From Eledone cirrhosa (taxonomy: Eukaryota): DNA of 64,000 nucleotides. The DNA lies in assembly GCA_964016885.1 (NCBI GenBank), contig OZ024746.1, positions 40,052,001 to 40,116,000 on the forward strand, in the 5' to 3' direction. Made by a program: the position numbers and the translations under genes. How positions within the stretch are numbered: the first letter of the stretch is position 1; every line of letters begins with the position of its first letter. Shown piece by piece: positions 54,727 through 64,000 of the stretch. The notes below the pieces were generated by a model. The model was not told the origin of the DNA, searched no databases, and saw nothing but the letters and a program-made list of their open reading frames with translations.

Positions 54727-54904
54727 GGATTGGCAGTATCGGTAGAGGGTCGGGCGCCATGCTTTCAAGCATAGTTACGTCCCTTTACGATCTGAGTTCA
54801 AATCCCGCCGATGTTGACTTTGCCTTTCATCCTTACGGGGTCGATAAAATAAAGTACCAGTAATGCACTGGGTAATTGCTGGCCTTGTGCCTAAAGTAGA
54901 AACA
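54727..54904 (+). mobile_element. family 1 SINE with 11-bp TSD
   Basis: AATATTAGTGA at 54716-54726 and 54905-54915; nearly identical to 17114-17293. Confidence 0.93.
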
Positions 54905-55055
54905 AATATTAGTGAAAACGTTAACATAATTTAAAATGTAAGGAAGTAAGCCAAGGTCTGAAATGTGTTGTTACAGCTTAGAATGCTCGGATCAGAACTC
55001 TAAAATAACATCTGCAGCAGCTTAAAGAGTTAAACAACTCACTATTTCAAATTAA

Positions 55056-55185
55056 GGCGACAAATTCGTAGAGACGTTAGAACGTTGGATAGAATGCTTT
55101 GCGGCATTCGTTCCGGCTAACTTATCTCTGAGTTCAAATCACACCGAGGTCAGCTTTGCCTTTCATCTATTCGGGGTCCATAAAA
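55056..55185 (+). mobile_element. degenerate family 1 SINE
   Basis: GAGTTCAAATC and CTTTGCCTTTCATC motifs. Confidence 0.7.
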
Positions 55186-55406
55186 TCTATATCTCTTTCT
55201 CATTTCCATTCTCCCATTCTCTATCATTCTCTGGGAGAAATCTGCTGTATTCAGACTTGGAGAAGAAGATTGGGTTCCGCTAGGTTTTAAAATACCCGAG
55301 AAACGCTGTAGGTCAATGCGCCACCCCCAACGACTCCCGAGGGAGTTGCATGCAAAAAAGTACCAGTCCAATACTGGGGTTGATTCTCGCTCTCTCTCTC
55401 TATATA

Positions 55407-55439
<33 letters not shown>

Positions 55440-55959
55440 CTATCTCTCTCTGTCTATCTATCTATCTCTTTCTCTCTCTATCTATCTATCTATCTATCTA
55501 TCTCTCTATCTATCTCTCTATCTATCTATCTATCTATCTATCTCTCTCTATCTATCTATCTATCTATCTCCTTCTTAGCAAGAAATCCGCTGTATTCAGA
55601 CCTGAAGTATGTCATGAATGACGGCGCCTCTACAACTTCAACAAGAGTTACTGGTCCATACGTTCAGAGTGTAATTTAAGAGAGATGTTGGCAGCTATTT
55701 CTAGCAGATCGAGAGACAACGGAATAGGCTTCCTCGCTTCTACTGTTCATCCTATTGTTCACTACCTTGTGTTATTTAGTAAGGAAGGGTGTTAAGAAGA
55801 ACAGTAGTAATGATACCGTTCACAACATGTAGTTCTACTCTGGTATTTTGTTGTATTACTTCATTTTCTCCTCTCGGGGGAGTGATTGGATCCTCCAACA
55901 CCGTACCTCTTAGTTTCCTCTCAAATGACAACAGTTTGGAAGTGTATGCGACAGCTTTA

Positions 55960-57045
55960 CTGTGGTTGTTGTTGTTGCTGTTGTTCTGGGGTTTATTGTT
56001 TTTGTTGTAGTTGTTGTTGTGGTGGTTATTATTCTTGTTGTTGTTGCTGTTGTTCTGGGTTTTATTGTTTTTGTTGTGGTTGTTGTTGTTGTTGCTGTTG
56101 TGGTTATTATTCTTGTTGCTGTTGCTGTTGTTCTGGGTTTTATTGTTTTTGTTGTAGTTGTTGTTGTTGCTGTTGTGGTTATTATTCTTGTTGCTGTTGC
56201 TGTTGTTCTGGGTTTTATTGTTTTTGTTGTTTTTGTTGTTGTTGTTGCTCTTGTGGTTTTTATTCTTGTTGTTGTTGCTGTTGTTCTGGTTTTTGTTGTT
56301 TTTGTTGTGGTTGTTGTTGTTGTTGTTGCTGTTGTGGTTTTTATTCTTGTTGTTGTTGCTGTTGTGGTTTTTATTCTTGTTGTTGCTGTTGTTCTGGGTT
56401 TTATTGTTTTGTTGTAGTTGTTGCTGTTGCTGTTGTGGTTATTATTCTTGTTGTTGTTGCTGTTGTTCTGGTTTTTGTTGTTTTTGTTGTGGTTGTTGTT
56501 GTTGTTGCTGTTGTGGTTTTTATTCTTGTTGTTGTTGTTGCTGCTGTTGTGGTTTTTATTCTTGTTGTTGTTGCTGCCGTGGTTTTTATTCTTGTTGTTG
56601 TTGCTATTGCTGTTACTGTTGCTGTTGTAGTTTTTATTGGTGCTGTTGTTGTTGTTGTTGTTACTGTTGTTGTTACTGTTGTTGTTACTGTTGTTGTTGC
56701 GGTTGTTGTTGCTGTTGTTATTGTTGTGATTTTTGTAGTTGTTGTTGCTGTCGTGGTGGTGGTGGTGGTTTTTGTTGTGGTTGTTGTTGCTCTTGTTGTT
56801 GCTATTGTTGTAGTTTTTATTGTTGTTGTTACTGTTGTTGTTGTGGTTTTATTGTTGTGGTTGTTGTGATTGTTGTTGTTCTTGCTGTAGCTGTTGTGGT
56901 TTTTGTTGTTGTTGTTGTGGTGATGGTTTTTGTTGTGATTGTTGTTGTTGTTGCTGTAGCTGTTGTGGTGGTGGTTTTTGTCGTGATTGTTGTTGTTGTT
57001 GCTGTAGCTGTTGTGGTTTTTGTGTGGTTGTTGTTGTTGTTACTT
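55960..57045. repeat. degenerate (GTT)n array with a ~70-bp superstructure
   Basis: Recurring GTTCTGGGTTTTATTGTTTTTG and GGTTATTATTCTTG blocks. Confidence 0.9.
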
Positions 57046-57307
57046 TTTATGCCTTTTTTGTCTGTCTTTACTGTTGTTTGACACATTTCTACCATCTTGT
57101 CATGCTGAGAAAATGTTTTCACTTGCCACACTTGTTGTTTCTCTTCAATAAGAGCTGTTCATCTCTGTCAGCAAATACACGAATATATGTCTGTGTGTAT
57201 TTATATATCATATATATATGTGTGGGGGGGGGGTATATGTATAGGTGTGTATATGTGTATGTGTATGTGTATGTATATATAAATATATATATACATACAC
57301 ATACACA

Positions 57308-57350
<43 letters not shown>

Positions 57351-57359
57351 GCATATATA

Positions 57360-57395
<36 letters not shown>

Positions 57396-57449
57396 GGTGT
57401 GTATGTGTATGTATATATAAATATATATATATACATACACATACACACC

Positions 57450-57502
<53 letters not shown>

Positions 57503-57517
57503 TTATATATAGGTGTG

Positions 57518-57549
<32 letters not shown>

Positions 57550-57555
57550 GGTGTG

Positions 57556-57594
<39 letters not shown>

Positions 57595-57840
57595 TCCACT
57601 ACCCTTCAAACCACCCGCGACTTTACAGATCAATGTCTTCTTTCCAGTCACTCTTGTCGTACACAGAAAGTAGTGGGGGGGAGAGGGGGGGATACATTGT
57701 CTCTTTTTTTTTATTTCCACGATATTATCTTAGCTTTCTAGTCTATTTATTCTGCCATCTCAGCACAACATTTGAAAATCTTTCTTTTACCTCCCCCCCA
57801 GAACTATATATACTTCCTCACTAGGACCTGGAAATAGCAT

Positions 57841-58370
57841 AATAATAATTGTTTCTACTTTTGGCACAAGGCCAGCAATAAATCAGTACATTACTGGTAC
57901 TTTATTTTATCGACCCCGTAAGGATGAAAGGCAAAGTTGACCTCGGCGGGATTTGAACTCAGACTGTAAAGGGCCGTAACTCTATGCTGCAAAGCATGGC
58001 GTCCGACCTTCTACCGATACTGCCAATCCACCTTGATTAGGCACATGACCAACAATTGGGCGGAGGAGGGGGGAGGGGGGGACAAGCAAAGCGAGTCTTG
58101 GTGGGATTTAAACTCAGAACGTAAAGAGTCGTAACCTATGCAACAAAGCATGTTGTCCGACACTCTGCTGATACTGCTCACAAGGCCAACAATTTGAATG
58201 GGGGGGGGCGATTAAATCAACCCCCAGTGTATTACTGGTACTTTATTTTATCGACCCCGTAAGGATGAAAGACAAAGCTAACCTCCGTGGGATTTGAACT
58301 CAGATCGTAAAGGATCGTAACTTATGCAGCAGAGCATGTTGTCCGACGATCTACTGAATCTGCTAATCTA
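57841..58370 (-). mobile_element. cluster of three family 1 SINEs
   Basis: Repeated GGATTTGAACTCAGA and TTTATCGACCCCGTAAGGATGAAAG motifs. Confidence 0.85.
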
Positions 58371-58384
58371 ATAATGATAATAAC

Positions 58385-59440
58385 CATTTCTTCATTGGCT
58401 ACTAGGGCCGAAACACAAAGGACAATACAAATGGACAGAAACTGTGGGGGTTTACATAAATCGAGTAAAGAGAAGGGGAAAATAACAGATAAGTTAACAA
58501 GAAACATTAATGACAACCGGTGGATTGGAAGTATTGGTAGAGGATTGGACGCCATGCTTTGCAGCAAAGAGTTACGTCCCTTTATGGTCTGAGTTCAAAT
58601 CCCGCCGAGGTTAACTTTGCCTTTCATCCTTACGGGGTCGATAAAATAAAGCACCAGTAATACACTGGGATAATTGCTGGCCTTGTTCCAAAAGTAGAAA
58701 CAATTAATGACAACAGAATTCCCCAATAGGGGAGAGCACTTCACAAGAATAATTTTAGATCCCTACAGATCCGAAAACACCCTGATCGCTTAGAGCACCG
58801 TAGAAAAGTACCCATCACTCCTTGAACTCTCCAGTCAATAGACGCATGTTTAGTGTACACCCATTCACTCAAGCCATCCTCGTTACATATATCCACCATT
58901 TAACAAATATACTGGGCGTTCAGCACTTCCCTCTCCACCTTCACCTTCTTTCCCAAGTGGAATTTTAAAAAGTTAATGAGGACTTGGCCGAAGAGGGATC
59001 TGTCTGTCCAGTCCTTTCAGTCACGTCAACCACACAACATCCTTCGCCACAGCCACCAAACACAAGAAAACTGCCTTTCCTTCCTGACCAGAAGAAGGCG
59101 GCGGAGCGATCTTCACGATGGAGTCGAACGATAACCGGATCGACCTTATACATGACAACAGCTGTTCGTCAAAACACCACAAGTCAGCAATACTCATACA
59201 CTGGATGTATGGGTGCAGAACGGTATCATCACTCTATGCACATCTTGGGCATGTCCAGTAGTGTCTCACCACCCCACCACCCGTAGCACCGCCAGGTCAG
59301 ATATTTCTGGAAATTGATCATAATTTCCAGGCTGAAATTTCTCGGGATCAGACTGGTTAATTCATTCTGGTCAACGCTTAGAGTTTCCCCGAGAACCTGT
59401 CCAAAATCGACTCTGGTTCTATCAAACAAAACCACGCCTA
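58385..59440 (-). mobile_element. old degenerate Tx1-clade copy 5 (3' part), interrupted by a SINE
   Basis: LGETLSVDQNELTSL..NFQKYLTWRCY homology; 3' UTR motifs CTATTGGGG, TTTGTATTGTCC and AATGAAGAAAT. Confidence 0.8.
58518..58702 (+). mobile_element. family 1 SINE with 12-bp TSD inside the Tx1 3' UTR
   Basis: ATTAATGACAAC at 58506-58517 and 58703-58714. Confidence 0.92.
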
Positions 59441-60214
59441 TTAAAATCTTCCAACATAGTAATTTAACATATGATTCTTATATAAAACTCTCTTAGAAAT
59501 AAATTGATTAAAAAACGTTTTAATACCTCAAAATTCTTCATTAATTAATTGAAATAGAGTGTTTTCATTAAAAATATTTTCACGAAAGTGTTATGCAACA
59601 CCAACCGTTTTTAACGGGATCCTATGTATGTTTAAATTTTCCAATATAGCTTTATAAAAGAACTATATGTTAAGTTACTATAAAATGTTTATTAATTAAT
59701 CGTAATAGAGTTCATTTCATCAGAAATATGGTCACAACACCAACCATTTCTGGCTTTACGCCAATGTTAGAAAGAAGGAATTATTACATACCAGATCATA
59801 TTAAATTTCAGTAGTTAACTATTTGTCTTTGTTTATTAAGTTGAAAATTAGTTATTTCACTAAAACTCTCACAAAAGAGTTCGATATTTGTAAGGGGTTA
59901 TATGGTAAGAGGTCCCGGCCAAACTTGATGTTCTGAGGTCAAATTTGCCTTTCATCCATTCGAGGTCTATAAAAAAAAGTACGAGTTAAGTGCTGGGGTC
60001 GATTCTTCCTCTATATCTCTTTCTCGTTTCCTTTCTCTCACTCTTTATCCTTCTCTAGAAGAAATCTGCTGCATTCAGATCTGAAGAGGATTGGCCTCCG
60101 CCAGTTACGGGACCACGCATGCATACAAACTTCATGTTAAATTTTCATGTTAAATTGTTCACGTTGTACAAGTGGTGTAACGCTCACAGCGGGATTGGCG
60201 GGAATAGACACTGG

Positions 60215-60480
60215 CTGGTGATTTTTGACGATCCCAGTAATTGTGCCTTTTCTTTTTTTCTGGAATACCTCAGTTCTCATAATAATGTATTTGGTATGGG
60301 GAGACCACAGTGAGCAACAGTATTCTAGGTGTGACTGTGGAACAGTAGAGAAAAGAGGAATCTGGCTGTCATGGCCGGAAAGTTTTGAGGAACCAAAAGT
60401 TCATGCTGCGAGTCATGTCACCTTTATTGCCTACATGGGTGTTACAGCTGAAGTAGTTGTCAATAAATACTACTACATCT
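60215..60480 (-). pseudogene. CR1/L2-like LINE RT C-terminal remnant
   Basis: Minus strand reads QSHLEYCCSLWSPH and downstream NYWDR. Confidence 0.7.
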
Positions 60481-61040
60481 TTAATGTTACTACAGCTCTA
60501 ATACTACTTCGTCTCTAATATTGTTAGATGTCATGAGAGGGTTTTTGGTGGAAGGAGAATATTCAATACTGTACTACCGACATATCTTATTTGGTTCTGC
60601 CATGGTTATTATAACTATAAAAATATATTATACGAGATATATGTATTATAGTTTTTTTTTATATATTTTTTCATTAACACGGGTGACAGTTTTACGAGCA
60701 ACTATTTTATTCTTTGCTCCTTTACTCCTTCTTATTTCTAGCAACCCCTACCACCACTTCTTGTTTCTAGAAACCCCTACCTATCACCACTTGCTTTCCA
60801 ATATTCTTCTTAAGTTTTAGAGTGTCCCTAAGCGGGTGGTGGAGCCCACTTTAGGAATAATTGATATAGACAACGCCGCACATTAGAGTAGATCTTGTTA
60901 AAGCCGGAGAATTCAACAGGTAGGTTTCCGCCTTATTAAGCCTCCTCGGTGAAAGATATTCGATTCAGTTAGAAGGATAAAGATATCTCAATATCTATGC
61001 GTATGTGTGTGTGTATGTGTAGAAATAGGGTGAACATAAT

Positions 61041-61245
61041 AATAGTTTCTGATTCAGGGACAAGGCCAACACTTTGGGGGAACGGGAAAGTCGATTAAGT
61101 CGACCCCAGTTCATGACTGGTGCTTTATTTTATCGACTCCGTAAGGATGAAAAACCTCGGTGGGATTTAACTCAGATCGTAAAGGGCCGTAACTTAATGC
61201 CAAAAAGCATGTTGTCCAACGCTCCACCGATACTGCCAATCCACG
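61041..61245 (-). mobile_element. family 1 SINE
   Basis: A/B boxes, core motif and ATTATT tail. Confidence 0.8.
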
Positions 61246-61261
61246 AATCTACTGAACCACC

Positions 61262-61318
<57 letters not shown>

Positions 61319-61390
61319 TATGTATACGCGCATACATATATGTATACAGACGTACAGTAGTATATATATATATATATACATACATGCATA

Positions 61391-61748
61391 CACACACATA
61401 TATGCGCGTATGGATTCACCGAACATTTATTATAATGCTCGGTGTGTTTGTAAACAAACATCCCGAATTAAGCCGTACAGTGTCTAGCAACCATCGTTGC
61501 TCGTTTGTTCAACACTGACAAAGGAACGCTGTACTAGTTTCAAGCTTATTAGCTATCGTCAGGAAGGTATACGTTGCTGACGATAGCTAATAAGCTTGAA
61601 ACTAGTACAGCGTTCCTTTGTCAGTGTTGAACAAATGAGCAACGATGGTTGCTAGACACTGTACGGCTTAATTCGGGATGTTTGTTTACAAACACACCGA
61701 GCATTATAATGAATGTTCGGTGAATCCATACGCGCATATGTGTGTGTG
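61391..61748. mobile_element. family A fold-back palindrome (~170-bp arms, 14-nt spacer)
   Basis: Arms 61391-61562 and 61577-61748 are reverse complements with only a few mismatches. Confidence 0.92.
61564..61618 (+). ncRNA. type I hammerhead ribozyme (third family A copy)
   Basis: CTGACGA 61577-61583; AGCT-AATA-AGCT; GAAA 61598-61601; CTAGTA; the only change from the first copy within the motif is in loop II. Confidence 0.8.
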
Positions 61749-61758
61749 CATATATGTA

Positions 61759-61805
<47 letters not shown>

Positions 61806-61808
<3 letters not shown>

Positions 61809-63245
61809 CTCTTCTCCTCCTCCCCCCTCCTTATCACACGCACACACCCACCGGCACATATATACACGCGCTCACACTAAACACACACCCTACTACCACC
61901 ACTAACCCTCAGCCCCACACCTCTCACCCCCACACCTCCATCCCACCACCCCGCAACTAACCTCACTAACACCCCCTAACCCCAAGCACACGAACACACG
62001 CACCCACTTACACCACCCACCCCACACGCAACTAACATCACTAACACCCCCCAACCCCACGCACACGTACCCACACACCCTCGTACACCACCAACTCTAC
62101 ACACCCTACCACCACTAACCCCCACTCACACCTGCATTCAACCCCTCCCCACCTCCCGTATACTAACACCCACTAACACCTCTTCATCAAACTACACACA
62201 CACCAGTACACCACACTCCCTCCATAGAACCACACACACCCTTCTCTCCCCGCTCCACCCACACCCTCGCCCCACACTCACTCATCCCACTAACACCCCT
62301 ACTAATACACACACACACACCCTCCTCACTCCAACTTTCACACCTACCCATCCTCGCCCCCTTACCATTCCACCGACTGCTGCTATGCCCTCTGACCTCC
62401 TACCAGCACTAACAGACCACAGCACTCCCACTGCTGACCATTTCCTGTTGCGCGCGCACCCCACATCTCTCCTCTTCCGACCACCGCTTCATGGATTACC
62501 CACACGCAGAATTTGACTTACAACCAATCCACTAACATCCTTGGAACTTACCAACTTTTCAACCATCCTCTTACGTAATCACCTATATAACTCACCCACA
62601 CACACACCCCAAAAACATTTTTTCTCCACACGCCACCCACACCCACAACACGCTTAAACCCCACACACACGTGCTTCCCACCACATATTTACACCCTCAG
62701 CCTCCTGATTTCTCTCCCCCCACCCCCCTATCCACACACGCACAGACACTCCGACCCACAAAAACACCCCCCACACACACCTCTTCCTGAACATGCAACC
62801 CCGTTCTTCCCCCAACCCTTACTTTCACATACACACACACACACACACACGCACGCACACCTACACACACACACCACCTTCAGCCCTCCCCGCTCGGACA
62901 CCCCGTCTCCCTCTCCCCACTCCACCCCTACTCACCCCACACCCTTCCACCACCTGTTTACCCCCCTTTTAATTTCAGTTTATTTTGATCATGCCTTTAT
63001 TTTTAAATTTTCTCATTCCTTGTATTTTGATCATGCTTTATTTTTATTTTTTATCTTTATTTGTTTTTTTTTCATTCGCACCGTTTCCTTTCGCTATATG
63101 TCTCTCCACCACTCCCCTACACACCTTTTGAACTCTGTTCCCACACACTTCTCACCTGAGGAAGGGCTTATGCCCGAAACGTCGTCCCCCACCTACCCCC
63201 CACTCTCCTGAGCGTGAAATTAATAAACTTTGTCCCTGTTCAAAT
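61806..63245 (+). mobile_element. C/A-rich degenerate Penelope-like remnant
   Basis: Ends in a hammerhead core followed by AATAAA, as in Penelope pseudo-LTRs; no recognisable RT or GIY-YIG ORF, so the 5' extent is uncertain. Confidence 0.4.
63152..63186 (+). ncRNA. minimal hammerhead core (Penelope-type)
   Basis: CTGAGGA 63156-63162; A-GGGC-TTAT-GCCC; GAAAC-GTC; stem I is weak (about 2 bp). Confidence 0.6.
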
Positions 63246-63278
63246 TTTTCCATTATATATACATACTTATATATTGTT

Positions 63279-64000
63279 GGTGCGGATGCATTCATGTATA
63301 TATGTGTGTGTCCGCATGTATCTGTGTGTTTCTAAATATATTAATAACTCCCTCTGGTCGAGCAATCTTTGAAGTGTGGGGACAACTGGAAAGCTTCCAT
63401 TACTCATACTTCTCGCCTTCTTCACTACCTCTTCTGCGGCCTCGATATGAATACCCCCTCCGCCTCCGTGGTATTTTCTTCGTGGTTATAGGAGGCTTAG
63501 CTCTGTTTCTCGACCGTTATATCGCGTGACTATCTCCCCCTCCGCCTTTTGGGATTCTTTCTCACGTCGTGTAGACGCGTTCTTGAGACTAGTAAAATGA
63601 GGTATCCTCTTGATAAGTCGGCAGACCTCGCAAGGACTCTATATCTTTGATATATTGTTTTTGTTTATGCCACGAAACTACGTAGTCGAGGAATTTAAGA
63701 ACAGTTTAGGTATGATACATTTTATTACTAATTATATCTAAATGTTTCTTCTCTCTTCATAATGTATTTTTAACTCTGATACTGGTTCAGTCTGGTTCAA
63801 ACTGAATTGGTCTGTCCCAGTCATTCATTGAGCAACATCGGTGAAGTTGGCATCCTTAACTCACAGTTGGGTGCGGATGCATTCATGTATATATGTGTGT
63901 GTCCGCATGTATCTGTGTGTTTCTAAATATATTAATAACTCCCTCTGGTCGAGCAATCTTTGAAGTGTGGGGACAACTGGAAAGCTTCCATTACTCATAC
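63279..64000. repeat. direct repeat, 591-bp period, running off the window
   Basis: GTGCGGATGCATTCATG..CCATTACTCATAC is identical at 63280 and 63871. Confidence 0.9.

Noticed and set aside
55886-57512. Cys-rich metallothionein/keratin-like ORFs
   Set aside because: Translation of a degenerate (GTT)n repeat that is open in several frames.

Overview
AT-rich, microsatellite-dense eukaryotic (metazoan) DNA. The SINE types and repeat landscape suggest a cephalopod such as Octopus, which is an inference. No host protein-coding gene can be supported. The window holds: (1) five Tx1-clade non-LTR retrotransposon copies; four lack a poly(A) tail and sit in (TATC)n/(GATA)n-type targets with 11-17 bp target-site duplications, and one of those is full length; (2) several small non-coding elements flanked by (TA)n that carry hammerhead-ribozyme motifs and occur as partial tandems or fold-back palindromes (retrozyme / Penelope-LTR-like); (3) a Helitron remnant, two hAT-like MITE copies, RTE and CR1 fragments and many tRNA-derived SINEs; (4) an 11.7 kb 27/25-bp minisatellite with higher-order structure, plus other tandem arrays. 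Most long ORFs in the track are repeat artefacts. The best candidates for novelty are the TATC-targeting Tx1 lineage and the modular, TA-associated hammerhead elements. All alignments and folds were done by eye, so boundaries of degenerate repeats are approximate.
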